64,000 nt of DNA from Massalongia carnosa (Eukaryota). The translations under genes were made by a program, and so were the position numbers. Every line of letters begins with the position of its first letter. Positions within the stretch are counted from its first letter, which is position 1. Location of the stretch: positions 992,001-1,056,000 of the forward strand of contig OZ287082.1 of NCBI GenBank assembly GCA_965645245.1, in the 5' to 3' direction. The notes beneath the pieces are model-generated. The model searched no databases. It saw nothing but the letters and a program-made list of their open reading frames with translations, and was not told the DNA's origin. Of this stretch, positions 47,461 to 61,743 are shown one piece after another.

Positions 47461-50150
47461 TCAAACTCCCGAGTCTTCCTGGAATTCTTCTTGATTGAAC
47501 CAGTGCAGATGCCCGGTACCATCGGGCTTTTTCATGTTGAACCATTCATCCCAATCGTGGCACATTTGTTTGTTATTATGCGCAGCCTCCTTCGATAGTC
47601 TCACCTCCGCGTTCCGTTCACGAATCTGAAGCGCAAGACCCGAGGATGCATGCCACGCTATATGGCAGTGCAAGATCCAAATCCCCGGGTTGTCCGTCTT
47701 GAACGCAATAGCAAGATAACCGCCAGCCGGTAGGAGCGCAACGTCTCGACGCGGTGGATTGTTGTAGCGAAAAGTGCCGTTCGTAATGTCTGACTCGTTA
47801 AATACACGATTCTCTTGCGCGAGAATCGCGAAATCGTGACCATGCAAATGGATAGGATGAGCAACGGCGAAGAACCCTCTCCTGCGCTCATTCCTTTGTT
47901 GTTCAGTCCCGTTTTCCTGAATGATGAGATACACCCAGTCATCTTTACGGTGGTTTTCCGTAATCAGAGCATACTCAGCCGGTTCGAAGGACTGGTCATG
48001 CAGATTGTTGATGGTGGGATTGCTAAAATTCAGCCACATCGGTGTGTTTAGTATATCCCATCTGCTAAAGTTTCCATGAGGCACCGTATGAGTTGCGTTG
48101 GGCTGCTCAAGACCAACTTGGAAATTGTCGCCATAAGGCTCTTTGACTGATCGGTGTTAGTATAAGATGTGGCTATGTGACATCATTACTTGCTATTGTT
48201 TGCATGTCCCTTCACCATCCAGGGCACGACAGGAACGAGGCTCTCGTAAGGTTCATCCATGCATACTTTCGAGAATTGATAAGCTGTGGTACTAGGGTCT
48301 TTGACATTACCGCGATTGTAGCGGATGATCCCTAATCTTTCGTTTTGCTGGTCTGGCTCAACATTAATGCATTGGTCTGCGCCAACAATGCGAATCCAAT
48401 AATTCTGATCTTCGACTGGTATCAGATCATTCGAGGGTCTAGCCTCGACAATCGCATGATAACGTTGTCCTGTTTTGATTAGCGACGGGTTATACTTAAA
48501 GAGGCGCTAACCTATGCTCACCAATACCAACCAAGATGGAGTCGGTGTACTATGCAGAAAGCCAATTAGCGACGAATGCAGTCATACAGGGAACAAGTTA
48601 CATACATATGGCTCGATGGGTACAAAATCCATTCCGACGACTTGGAGCACATGCTTGTCAATTGAAAATATAAAAGTCGAAGCAGTTGAGGTGTTGATTA
48701 AACGAAGTAAATATCTGCGGCCCTGATGCGGAACCAAACGTTAGTAAAGACATATCCCTGATCGACATACTTGAGAAGTGTTCATATACTCTTTGGAAAA
48801 CCTGTTCGTAAATGGCCGGCGCTGTCGTATTATCATAGTTTATCAGACAGTCTGAAGTATTCCGACCGGTGCAGTTGTAAAATCCTTGAGGCATTGTCAA
48901 TGTAACTCGCGTGCTAAGCCGGGAAAACCTCGTTGCTCACCTTTACCGTTCAAAATGACAGTCGACATCAAAGGGTTGCCCTTATGAAGCTCTTGCGAGA
49001 AGTCTTGGAATGCGCTGTTATGACTCCAGTCGCTGAATAGGAACGGGTCGAGAGCTTCGTCGTAATCTGCCGAGCTTGGGCCATGGAATGTCATTGGACC
49101 AGCAAGACCATCCGGGTATTGCAGGGAATAGTGACTATGATACCATGACGATCCATACTGAGTGACGTTGAATTTGCTGTTGTAGATCTTGTAGTCAGCA
49201 TCAATCTTTCCAACCGATCATCGAGCCAAAGTCGCGATTTGAGAGTCGAAGGGCTGTGAACGCGTGAAAAGCTGTCTGGCAACTCAAAAGTTGGAACCAG
49301 TCAGGAAGAAATTGCTCGGAAAAGTACGTACTAGGTAAAGGTATGGTTCGGGGCGAGTGGACATTGAGTAACGCCGTTCACCCCGTCCATCTCGAACGAG
49401 TTCAGCTGCCGAACTCCGTGCCAGTGGATCGTGGTGCCATTGAATGTCAGGTTGTTCAGTATCGTGATCTCGAGTCTATCGCCCCAGCAAGCCTCGATCC
49501 AAGGACCAGGATAAGTGCTGTTGAAGGCCTTTCCGCCTGATTTGCGTATGATCCCGTCGGCATTGATTGGGAAATCGGTTACGTTGAGGAAGTACTACGC
49601 GAGGTTAGCTAATGAAGGACTCAATCCGATGACAGAATTTTGAACGAGCGATGCGGCGTACTCGGCGCGTGATCCCAATGGGATGGTAAGCCTCATAATT
49701 GGTGAAGATGTTGAACACGCCCCCGGTCGGGTCGTTCTCCGAGATAGGCTTCTCCAGCCATGAAGTTCGGGACCCGCTGCTTCCCGCATGCCTCCAGCCT
49801 TTCATTGCCGAATAGTCGCAAACGAAACCTGGCGAGGAGTTTGGCGGCGCGAAGACCGGGCCATTGGGAACATTGTCGTCGTTGTTCTTGATGTTCACCA
49901 CCTTCGCAATATGTGTAGGCTGCGTCCCGACCGCGACCGATGGTTCATCGATTGTGGAGGTGGAAACTGCGGGGACTGCCTGCGTCATCGGAGGTGTATC
50001 GACGATTGGATACAACTCTCCCACGTCTGCTAGAGCAAGGGGCCGTTGGGAACTTGGTTCATCGGTCCAGGGCGAGAGGGATGTCAAGCCCAAGGCTCGT
50101 GTGAGGATCTCACCGAGACGATCAAAGAACTTCATCGCGGTGGAACGCAA
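47461..50150 (-). CDS. Multicopper oxidase (ascomycete laccase, AA1), multi-exon
   Basis: All four Cu motifs present: [35 protein letters not shown]-terminal DSGV. GT-AG introns. Confidence 0.93.
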
Positions 50151-51259
50151 TCGTGCAGGAGGATGGGGGAGAATGTGCTCAATCTCTCTCGAGTGGCTGA
50201 GGAGAGCACATGTTATAGATCATCTCCGTAACGCTCAGGTCAGGGTGTGCGGGTTGACGAACATTGGTTTGGATCGTGCTATCTCGCCCCTGCTTTGCCA
50301 TCTTTTTGGAGATTGGCGAATGAAACGCCGTCTCACAAAACACGACCATCGCTAACCCTACAAGCACAATCGTCAACATTTTCACAGGCGTCGACTTCGC
50401 TCGCGCGCACGATGAGGGGAGGGAAACTTGCATCATTTTCGCAAGATTAAAGGACCACGCTTCGTCTATTCCGTCAATGAAAATGTTGTTGTCGCCAAAT
50501 CATAACCATTGGAAACAGGGAACTAGGGAAATCGATAGTCGCTGCTGCAACTAAGCTGCGTTTTTACGGTCTGGACACGCACAGCGCCCGTAGCAAAGAG
50601 CTAGTCGAACTGATGGCGTTCGTGAGAGAGGGCTGGCCACAACTTGACCAGGAACTATTGCATGTGTCATCGCTGCATCTCACGCCGCCCTCTCGGCGAG
50701 AGGCACGAAACTCATGCGATTGGCGAGGGGCAACCTGATGTGCAACTTTAGCTTGAGTGAATTGCAGCATGTTGAGAGATCTAGCATCGGAGGAGACGAG
50801 GTAAGTTTGATCTAAGGCTGGCTGAAGCAGGGTTCACTGTATGAACAAATGCGTTTGTGGAAAGAAGCAAGAGATATGTAGCGTCAGTGTGGCCGGGTAA
50901 AGGGGAAAACCGTCGAGATAGGCAATCAAGCATCGAAAAGGCGGAACGTGTAACGTCAGGCTAGAGCCGCCTTGAGCTTTCCGTCCCCAGGGATGTGGGA
51001 CCAAAGCAGTTTGGCGACTCTGTAGAGGGAGACTGTGGCTGGCTGAGGAGGGGTCATAATACGACGTATACGTTGGACCAACACTCCCGTCCCTGGAAGA
51101 TGGTCGAACTATCTCGAACTAACGTGATCCATCGACACTTCCGTTACGACGGGGTTTGGGCGGTAGAGATACCCGGCAACCGGCACGGATACTCTATCGA
51201 ATACAGAGAATACGCTAATGCGGGCTAAAAACGCCACGTCGATTTAGCGTTAAAAATGC

Positions 51260-51570
51260 TATAGGGAGATCATTCAAAATGGTAACAACAAGGTCGAAAC
51301 TTCAGCATTTGATGTGTGTTTTATTATCAAATTTTCTATAATATATTTTATATAATCATGAGTGATTCACGAACAGTAAACCATACAATAACTGCTAGAT
51401 TACAGGCTCTTTCTTTGATTGAACATGAAGTTGAAATAGATGCAGCTGCTACAGCCTCCGATATGACTTCTATAATCGTGAGACGTCTGAGAAAAAAAGC
51501 CAAAGAACGAGATTTTGATCCGAAGATCTCTTCTGAAAGAAGAATATGTCAAAAATGCATCTCGTTGTAA
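51260..51570 (+). mobile_element. Tc1/mariner-like 5' relic (HTH N-terminus)
   Basis: HTITARLQALSLIE..RRLRKKAKERDFDP resembles fungal Tc1-like transposase N-termini. Degenerate. Confidence 0.5.
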
Positions 51571-52003
51571 CAGAGGTGATAATAAGTCACCTAAGCCACT
51601 GAGCCAAAAGGCTACTATGGTAGTTCTCCTATAAAGACACTACCGGTGTCCCGCGCCCGGTACGTCACCGTACTCATGTACTGCGCCCGCTGGCTGGCAG
51701 TACTGATTACCGCTGTAACACTCGTTTAGATCGTTCATCGAAGATGACTTCGAAGATTGAATCTGACATTTTAACAACGGTTCGAAAAGACGCTGAAGGA
51801 GGATAGTTAATCTGGATGGTGTGCGTGTATGAATCAATCGTACTGTCACTGAGCTATTATATGAAAAGAAATGAATGATTAGGTCATCGTCGCCGTCATG
51901 TAGCTACGTACGCACTGAAGGATAAACTGAACAGAAGAAGTGGGCGAGCAGGACTAATCGTGCTAAACCACTTTCGGAATGGAAGGGCATCCCTTAGTGC
52001 TTA

Positions 52004-52368
52004 CCGTCTCAATGACGCTTTGGGCTCAATGTCGTTTATTCAACTAACCATCCATCATCTTTGACACGTAAACACTCCACACCATGTGGTCCAATTCCTA
52101 TTATAAGCTCGAGAATCGAATCGAGGAGGCTATCGACGCGATTAAAGAAGGTTGGTACTCCGATTGTGCCAAAAGCTGCGCGTGCATACGGCGTGCCCAT
52201 TCGTCAACTTCAAAGACAATGGAATGGGTTCAATTCGAAAAGCACCCGTCCTAGCACCAGCAAAGCTCTTAAGGAGGAGCAAGAAGAGGCCATTCGCGAG
52301 TATATCGATCGATGTGATCGATTCAATATGTGTGCCAGGCCGAGGATGATTGTGGGAGCTGCGAATTA
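52004..52368 (+). mobile_element. pogo-like transposon 5' stub
   Basis: ENRIEEAIDAI..AARAYGVP..LQRQWNG..LKEEQEEAIREYIDR..MIVGAANY (psq/CENP-B HTH), frameshifted and truncated. Confidence 0.75.
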
Positions 52369-55300
52369 CGACGCCAGGATGCCCTACAGCTAGCTAATCA
52401 TGAATCTGACGGATTACCTCCAGTTTCAATTCATCCTGTGCGGGCACCCATAGCTTATTCCGCTTGTATAGCAAGCCGTCCTTGACCTGACAGTCTTTTA
52501 ACGCCGGCGAGTATTCCGAGTCTGAATCAATTCCAGTGCTTGCAGCACTCAATGTCTGACGCATATTATTGCAATCCTCATCTGTGACATTGCCCTGCCT
52601 TACCTTTTCTTCCAAGGTCTGAACAGCCTCTTCCGTTTCTGTCTCGATGGGCGCCAGTTCGATGCGATTGCGGGGCAACAGAGTCTGTAGCTGATGCTGT
52701 TGGCGATCGTCCTTCTCATCCTTGGGCTTATCATTGGGTCTCCGGGTTAGAGCATCAGCCTTTTCATTATTTTTACCCGTTTGATAAACGATGACGAAGT
52801 TGAACTCAGATAGGAATTCCGCCCATCTAGCCTGTCGACGGGTCAACTTTTTGGCAGTCATGAAAAATTCCAAACTCTTGTGATCGGTGAAGACCTTTAT
52901 AGGTATTTCTGTGCCTTCCAATTCTGGTCTCCATTTTTCAAAGCATCGAATGATAGCTATAAGTTCTTTATCGTAGATCTCGTAATTGCACTCGGCCGGG
53001 CTCATGTTCTTGGAGAAGAAGGCTACCGGATGCAATTCGTCATCCTCACCCATTTGGGACAGAATACCCCCACTGACATAATCCGAAGAGTCTGTTTCTA
53101 ACCAACACTGTAGTTTTGGATCGAAATGAGCAAGAACAGGTGCTTCCACCACTCGATCCTTCAGGTCCTGGAACCCCTGAGCGCAAGCTTCGGTCCATTC
53201 GAAGATTCTATCCTTCTTGGCCAGTGCGTTTAATGGTCCAGCTAGTTTGGAAAAGCCTCGAATGAATCGCCGATAGAAGTTGCAAAAGCCTATAAATGAT
53301 CGCACCTCGCGAAGACAGGTAGGAACGCTCCATTCCATGATAGCCTTGATCTTTTCCGGGTCCATCTTGATACCATCCGTGCTGATGATCAGGCCAAATA
53401 CTTCGTTTCAGTGACGTGGAATTCACACTTATCCACATCGGCTTGAATGCCTGCCTCTCTTAACTTGATGAGCACTCCCCTTACATGCTGACGGTGTTGT
53501 TTCAGATTTCTGCTATAAATCAGAATGTCATCCAGATAGGCCGTACAAAATTTGTCTAAGTATTCAAAGAGGACATCATTAATGAAGTGCTGCCACGAAG
53601 CCGGTCCTCCAGTCAATCCAAATGGTGACACCTTGTATTTATAGGCCCCAAACCGTGAGTTGAAGGTGGTGAGGTCCTCCGACGCAGCCTTCATCCGAAG
53701 TTTATGAAAGGCCTAACGAATATCTATTTTAGAGAATATTTTAGCCTCTTTCAACTAAGCCAACGTTTCCTCGATAAAAGTTATTGGATAACGATCATTT
53801 TTAGTGACCTGATTTAGCCTTCGGTAATCTACGCAGAACCGTAATCCACCACTAGGCTTTTTAGCTAACAGAATGGGCGATGAGCATGCCGCATGGCTTG
53901 CTTCGATGAAGCCTTTTCTGAGATTGTCTTCTAGATATTTCCTGACAAACTCCAGTTCTTTCTGGGACATGCTCCGAAGAGGACTATATCCATGATCTTT
54001 ACCCCCTTCGAGCAGTATCTTGTGATCATGCAATCTATGAGGTGACAACGTATCAGAATCTATCTTCGAAAACACGTCCAAAAACTCGTGATACTCCGGC
54101 GGCACTACCAACTTTGGATCAGTAGGAGGCCTCGACTCCTTATTCAACTGATCGTCTATGTCCTTCATCGAGATCGCATAGACTTTTACCGCCTTACAGT
54201 GAGTAAGATATCGGTAGGATTCTGCACCAATGATGGCTACATCAACCGGTTTAGATGGTTTCGGATCGATCCTCGGAACTTCCTTTGGGATTGGAGTAGC
54301 CTCCGGTTTATCTTCCATGATAGATCGACGCAATATCTTTTGGGGTGAGATCACTGTAGTCAACTCCTCATCCATCGATTTTTTATTGATCGTTTCCAGT
54401 TTCCTAGGAAGTTCTATCAACTTAGGAGCACCCGGGTGGGTGCAGTGTCCAGGCCAGAACATGATTTTATCGCAACTCATGTCCAGAATGACTCCATGCT
54501 TTCGCATCCATGGTTTTCCTAGTATCATTTTATGCTGCCCTAGCTGTGTAATCAACAGAGGCGAGATTGTTTCCCTATGATTCTGCACGGTGAGGGTAGG
54601 ATAGATGGCGTGGGTGATAGGCTTACCCAAGCGGCCATCGAAACCTCTCACCGGCTTCGGTTTCGTCAATCGCTGCGGTGATAGTTGCAGTCGTTCACAA
54701 ATCGTGCGCACCATCTTTTCATCAATAAAAGCATGTCCTGTAGCACCAGTTTCTAACAGAGTAACAAGCTCTATTTCTTCCTGATTGCCTAGTTTACATG
54801 AAGTAACAAGAGGTTCATCGGTAAAAAAATCACCAGGCAAACAAGATGATGAGATCAAAGAGGTTTATCATCGTCATCTTTACTCGCGTCTTCGAGGGAG
54901 ATCAGTCTTTTTTTGACTTCGGCTCAACATCTAACTCGTTAATGATGGCTGTCATCTTTGATTTCTTTTTAGGACAGTCCCTTGAGGGATGTCCGACCTC
55001 CTTGCAATTGAAGCTCTTCCCTTCCCTGCTCAACCGCTCCCGTTCCGGCTCCGATAGATAGGATCCTACGGTCCAGGACGACAAGGTCGATGACGATGAA
55101 GGGGCACGAGACTCGGTGCGAGCATTTGGTGCCCCATAGGTTTTGCTTTCGGTGGTAGTGGTAGGGGTGTTCGCCGGGACCACTACACTGGTTGGTTTTT
55201 TTCCTTCGGCAAAGCGTTCCATCCTAGCTTTGCTACGATCCACATCCTTCAGAGCCTGATACATGCGCTGGCAACGCTGAGCGAACGCATATAGGTCGGT

Positions 55301-56594
55301 TGGTTCGCGATCGCCGGCGGCTAGCCGACGGCGCATATCTAGGTTGAGCTTGTGTTTCAACTCACCGATTAGGGTAGCCTCATTGTGATCCAACTCGGCG
55401 GCCAAACACTGAAACTCCGCCCAAAAGGTATTGAAGTCCTTTTGACCCTGTCGCAGAGAACGGAATAGGTTCATGGCAGTCTGTTTGCGGTTCGGATCTC
55501 CATAAATTCGTTCCAAATGATCAAACATTTCCTCTGCAGTAAGAAAAGGGTTGATAGCATTTTTTCGGAGACGAGGTTCCAAATGGCCCATGGCCTCTCC
55601 GCCGACTCGGTTTTCCACATAGGCTTTTTAAATAGCTCGGTAGGCATATGGTCTTCATAAGCAGCTAATTTGCTGCGCATTTTAGTCAACCAATGATCGA
55701 TACTCGGTTCTTTTCCATCGATAAAAACCGGTGGGTCGGGAAGTTTCATCGACTTCCATAAAGATCCTTCGCTCTGATTGGATCGTGCAGGGAGCCCTGC
55801 AGGTCATGTGGAGGTGGATATGATGGTGGTGCATTACTCCCTGCAGGTGCAGTAGCTGCTGCGGCCATCCGCCGAGCCTCTTCAAGTTCTTCCTTCTGGT
55901 ATTCAATCATACCTGCTTGGTATTATGTTCCACCATGACCTCATCATAGTCTGACTTCATGTCTCGTATTATAGCCAAGACTGTTTCGGCATCCTCCTGC
56001 ACCCAGTGCCGAAGACGTTGTACTGTTTCTATCCTCCATGGTGAGTCAGCCTCGGGGCCTTCTTCACCGATTTCTATGGGCGGGATGAGAGACTCCCGTT
56101 GATAGTAGGTGGGTGTTTCGTTCGCGGATCTAGCCATTTCTATCGTTCTTCCTTACTCAGCTCTGTTGAGTATAGTCCGGTTTCGTTCGTGTTCGGATTG
56201 GTATCGGATCTACTCTGAGGATAGTCCTAGGATTTCGGATCTGGTTCGTGTTTCGGGTGCTGACTGACTAACAGTTGGGTGGATTGTTTTATATCCTCCA
56301 CAAGGGATAGCAAGATTTAGAGTGATCTTACTAGTTGTGTAGCACGTCGACCTAGATAGAAATCTAATAGGGACTATGTACGAAAATTACCTTAAGGGCG
56401 GTTGGGGGTATTCGGACATGGTCTTGAGATGGTCTCAAGATATTATCCACTAGAACGTTCTTGTCTTAGTCTATCTACATAGTGATTACGTCAGTCAAGA
56501 AAGCAAATAGTGTTCAGATATTTTGTTTTCAAGACAATCTCGTGACTTCGTTATATGTAAGATATCTTATGACGTGGAATGCATGTTTCTAACA
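52367..56594 (-). mobile_element. Ty3/gypsy LTR retrotransposon, degenerate and 3'-truncated
   Basis: gag (degenerate knuckle SFNCKEVGHPSRDC), protease (LLETGAT), RT ([20 protein letters not shown]), RNase H (ETDSS, NYEIYDKEL, TDHKSL) and integrase start HD*LAVGHPG. Multiple stops and frameshifts. Confidence 0.93.
56285..56594 (-). repeat. Probable 5' LTR of the gypsy element
   Basis: TG..CA-bounded ~310-bp segment just upstream of gag. No second LTR available to confirm the ends. Confidence 0.55.
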
Positions 56595-56799
56595 TCATCA
56601 TCTCAGGACGATCTTCGTTTGAAGAATTTCATCAGATTAGCTCAAGATTCTTTTGAATCAGGAGTGCTTTGAAACAGTGTGATATTTGGTTGACAAGATT
56701 TCAAGTTTCAGTTTGTGTTAGAGCCAAGTGCAAGCAAAACATTTTCTTCGGTCAAGCTATGAGAAGCTAAATAGGATTGCACCAACAACTTCAAGCAAA

Positions 56800-57758
56800 A
56801 CATCTTTTCTTCATACCAGTACAAAAAAAGCAAAGCGTTCACGAGCTAAACTGATCCTCGTCTTCGTTCTCGGCCTCGGTGACCTCCATCTCATCCATGA
56901 TGGTACCAAATTCCTCCGTCTCTGGTTTGTCTGATGATTCCTTTCTCAGATGTTTTGTCCGAGCTGGTTTCAATTTGAAATGGTGTGGCTTGATGTTTTG
57001 GTATTTCGCCATTTGGGGAAACGTATCATAGAACTCTAGCAGGGAGGTTCGATCTGTCCCTTCTGCTCTGGGGGCATCCAAGAACAACTTCGTCTTCACC
57101 GCTAAATTAAGAAAAAACACTTGTTTCATATCAGTATGTAAATATCATCAGTTCTCCCATGCCTTGTCACGTACCTTTAATCCAATAGGGTCCTCGAGGC
57201 ATTACGCCCTTTTTTGAAGACTCATGAAACATCAAATCTTTTGCAGCCCATGGAAAAACAGTTTCAGCATCGTGAGGATCGTATTGCTGTGCAAAAGCTT
57301 TGAATAATCTGTTCGAGTCATGCTCGGATTCCAGCAGCCCTAGGTTGTCTCTCCTCATCGCAGACTTCACATAGTCCTAACAAAATTCAGAAGTCGAGTA
57401 TAAACGCTAATAGCAAGCTACATACTTCCATACAGGTCAGAGAGCGATGTTTCCACGTTGAAACGTTGGACTGCGCTTTGGTGAGTCCTTTCTTGAAATA
57501 TATATCTTCGTCATCCACATTTTCCTTGATTGCAGTACGTGCGATATGCGCTATCTGATCTGCGTCCAACTTGCCATAACGAAGCGCAAATGGCCGCAAA
57601 GCAGCCTCCAATCGCATCGCTATTATTTTCCATTCCGACGTAATGGCGTGTCTTCTCCGCCTCTTTTTTGTTGATATTTCTGCCGCTATTGGCCCTGATT
57701 CTATCTCGGATTGTGTCGTAGGTTCAAGGACTTCTTCATTTGAGGATGAGATATTCAT
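56800..57758 (-). CDS. Hypothetical multi-exon gene divergent from the CMC-like transposase
   Basis: Three consecutive minus-strand ORF blocks (57758-57387, 57370-57167, 57129-56839) separated by short GT..AG segments. Basic KKRRRRH and an acidic tail. Confidence 0.6.
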
Positions 57759-58116
57759 GATTGTATTTGTGATATCAGCATGAACGATAGTGCAATCGGA
57801 AGAAAGCCTGAAGAATGGTAATGTTCTGAAACAGTGTGCTAAAGCCCTAAGAACTAAAATATCAACTCACAAGCAGTTCTTCATGAGAATACCTCACCTG
57901 CGCACAGAATTGAACTCAGTCATAAGACACGATGCCTCGTCGTGTATTTCAGGATGATGTGACGGAGAATATGATGATCGATGAAGGTCATGTTTTAGGA
58001 AGAGAAGAAAGCCTAAACCATTTGACACTACTTCAATCATCTCAGCAGTAAGCCTTCTTCATATCAGTCTGAATAAACCGGATCTTGATGAATTAAGTTT
58101 CCAGGGTCCTCCTCTT

Positions 58117-61100
58117 GTGGAAAAGGCATTGATTGTTTCAGCATCCACTGTTCAAAGCAGTGTCCCACAGGCCAACCCACAGCCTTTCAAAAGTCAACCG
58201 ATAGACTTCCCCGATCATGAGTCTATGCAAGCCGGTTCTTCATATCAACACAATTCTGCACATATTCATGAGGAGCAAAAGCAGACTCAGAGCTCAGAAC
58301 CAATAGCAATGACGCATAAGAAGAGAACCATAGAGAATCTCGATAAAATTCAATCATCGTCTAATCAAATTCCTGAACAACACGTTCAAGACAATTTCCC
58401 AGCCGATATAGAGACGGCATTCGATCAAAATAGTGATTATGAGCGGGAAACTGATGAAGAGTTTCAAAAGGTTAATACTCGACCTACTTCAATCGCTGAT
58501 ACATCGGCCTTTGCTGTCGGCTTAATTTCTTCAAATGCTATCATGACATTATCATCCAATCAACTCGCGGAATTTGATATAGAAAGCACAGACACCGCTG
58601 AGTCTTTCAACGAGTTTGCCCCTTCTGCTTCTGAAAGCACGATTGATGATGATATCCGGGTGCCCTCCCGCCCAGTACGAGGAGAAATATCGGATTTCTG
58701 CTTGGCTCTTGGTCTCTGGTGTGATAAAGAAGGCATCAAGCGACGCACCTATGATGGCCTGCTCGAAGTTTTGCAACTGTTAGACATTCATGAAGTGCGA
58801 AATTTGCCAAAGCGACTATCAACTTTGCACTCCTGGTGCCGTAAGCGCCTTCCCCTTCCATCCATTCAGAAGGCAGTGATATCAGTACGACGAGAAAAAC
58901 AACCCACCGGAACACCAAGACCGGCTCAAGCGAACGTCTCTTACTTTGATACTCGAACTGTCATCAGTATCTTACTTTCAGCCACGACTCAACGAAACAT
59001 TCATATCGGTATGGCAGAGATCGTTGATAGTCCTTCGGAATACTGGCACTCAAACAGTTGGGGTTCTTCTATTCGCACATGTTCCACTGATTTTGCGAGA
59101 TTTCCCGATTCATCCCCTATTTTTCCCTCTGACATTGTGCAGTATCGCTGTGGCAATGATAAATGTGGAATTATTCATGATAGTCACTGCGGACAGGTCA
59201 TATTTTTTGGACGTGATCAAAGATCGCGATCTCTGACCCTAGGTCAAACTCTTGTCAGGGTTCGTCCTTTGATAAGTAGAAAGAACGTCGACGAATATTC
59301 AGTTCCAGTCACGTTTGACTGGCTCGAAGATCAGTTGCTTTTGATAGAAGACGCGGATCAAGATGTCTTATCCGAGCATGTTCTAGCTCGCCGTTTCGAT
59401 GTTGCAGTTTGTAGGGATGATCAGTTACGGTCTACAACGCCTGTCTTAATTCGTCAGATATTCAACGTCACGCGAGGAGATCTTAGATCAATCAATCTTT
59501 CATCACCGATTCGAGCGGAATTAGAATTGGAGGTCTTTGGTCGAGAGTACCTAATCTCACAGCTAATTAAAGGAGTTCAGTCATATCCTCTAGTCATTTT
59601 CATCGACGATTTCGGGTTATATCGAAACATGTATCGTTCCATCACAGGTGTTTATGCCATGCCAGCAGGCTTGCCCGCCTCGGAACGTCAAAAGAGTTTT
59701 AATGCTTACACCATTGCTCTTGGCCCGCACGGATCCGAGTTTAACGATGTGATGAACTGTCTTCATACCAGTTTGGGAAACATGGATCGTGGTTGCATTC
59801 TTGAAATCAATGGACAGAAACAAGCGGCTTGGGCCCCGATTCTAGCATATCTTGGTGATATGAAGCAGCAGCAAGCCTCCGGAGGGTTTCTTGGGCCTCG
59901 TGCCAACTATTGTTGTCGCTTTTGTGATGCGGGCCTTCATAATCGAGGAGATTTGCAGCGGGATATTCTACTTCATGGTCGTTATCATCATGAGGTGTTG
60001 GCTATATGAAAAAAAAGCCTAGCAATAAAAGGAAAGACAAAGAGACTGGCATATCTTACACGAAATGGGCTCAAATCCGAATCTTCTGCGCTTCAGACAT
60101 TAACCCCGGCGCTTGATCTTATCATGAGTTGTCCACCGGATCCGGCTCATAGCGAGTATTACGGACTGGTACGAAGATTGTACCCTCTTCTTTACACGAA
60201 AATACTCACGAAACGGGCTGCTGAAGAGTTTACAGCTGCCTTGCACTGTTTTCCGTTTCCACCTGGCTGGGGTCGAATACAGTCTCCGGCTATACATATG
60301 GCCTCATGGAGTATGAGCGAATGCGCTCGTGCCTCAGTCGTAATACCTCTACTTCTTCGCTGTTGGTTAAGAAACCATCATGTACGACAGCCTTTTCGAA
60401 ATGGATTAAAAATCCAGTTTCCTAAAGAATGTCGCCATTGCGCTTCAGATGAAGATTTGATAGTGTTTTGCTTTGGGAAACTCGCATGGAGTAACACGTT
60501 AATCTCGTCTTTCGAGTTATCCCTTAAAGATCGTCAAGAATTTCACAGTCAAATCATCAATGCTCGACAATATTTTTTAGGTCTGATGAATGCAGCACAA
60601 AATCCAAAAGGACAAGGAAAGAAGAAAGACAACGAGAAAAGTGATTTTGTCACTGAAGAGTTGTCTTCCAGTTCTAGACGAGCATCGATTTCTGAAACAT
60701 CCATAAACTTCCTTGATGGTGACACGGACACTCCATTTGAAGAGGCGTCCGTTGCATCAGATACCAACATGGGACTTTCTGCATCAATGACTGCTCGGAA
60801 TGGCGAGGCCAATAAGCTGCCAAACTTTCATATCGGTATGCATTTCGAAAGAGTCATGCAGGAGTATGGTGTTCTGTGGAACGTTAATGTACTCTTTGGA
60901 GAAGACAAACATCGCTTTTTTAAGCAAGCTGTATTGTCAACAAATCATCGAAAGCCAGAGCGACAGCTTTTAGTGAAAGCCGCTATCCTCTTCACTGTTG
61001 TCGCTCTTTTGAATGGCTCGTTTCGTCATACCGATCTGGAGATCACTCTGCAAATGATTCGTTTGAAGCGGAACTGCCCGGCTCTTCTTGAGAGTCTATT

Positions 61101-61743
61101 ATTCCACGGGGATCGCTCACAAACAGACGATCAGGAGTCGACAAATACTTGTCTATTAGAATCTCCCTCATATCTAAAACCTGCAGTGCAGGGAAAGCTC
61201 AAACCTTCCTATGCACAAAATCAAGGTCTTCCTATCAGAATAACCAACTCTACAGAGCTCCGATTTAGGCAACTGATGCAGACTGCTATGATCGAGTATG
61301 GCCTTAACTGCGTCCAATGGGGAAACAAGCCTTTGTACTGGTATGAACAATGCTCCTTTACTGTCAGGTCAACCGGCAAACGTTTCTCATTGCATATTGG
61401 CGACTTTCTTCGAATCCGCTCTGGCACATATGCTCAGCTTCGACAAATTTATACTCACTGTCTACCATTTGAGGATATTCAGCGAGTGTTCCTTTGGATT
61501 CGACTGCTAGAGACCGCTTCCTATAAAGACGAGGTCCTAAATTTAAGCGTCTTTCAACTGACAAACACGGATAGAATAATCCCGTTATTCTTTGTTGATC
61601 CAGATAAGATCTACATTGTTCCTATCAATCGTACACTCAATGAGCCAGTATCCTCACATACTATGCCGACCATAAGTTCAAGCAGTAACAAAGAATCAGA
61701 CATGGATTTATTACATTGTACATGGGGAAGCAACTTTTTGTAA
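58117..61743 (+). pseudogene. CACTA/Mirage/Chapaev (CMC)-like DDE transposase, one in-frame TGA at 60007-60009
   Basis: FIDDFGLYRN (D1), YLGDM (D2), CRFC, DPAH, HIGMH, then GEDKH (E). The two track ORFs share a frame with no other stop between them. True start uncertain. Confidence 0.75.
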
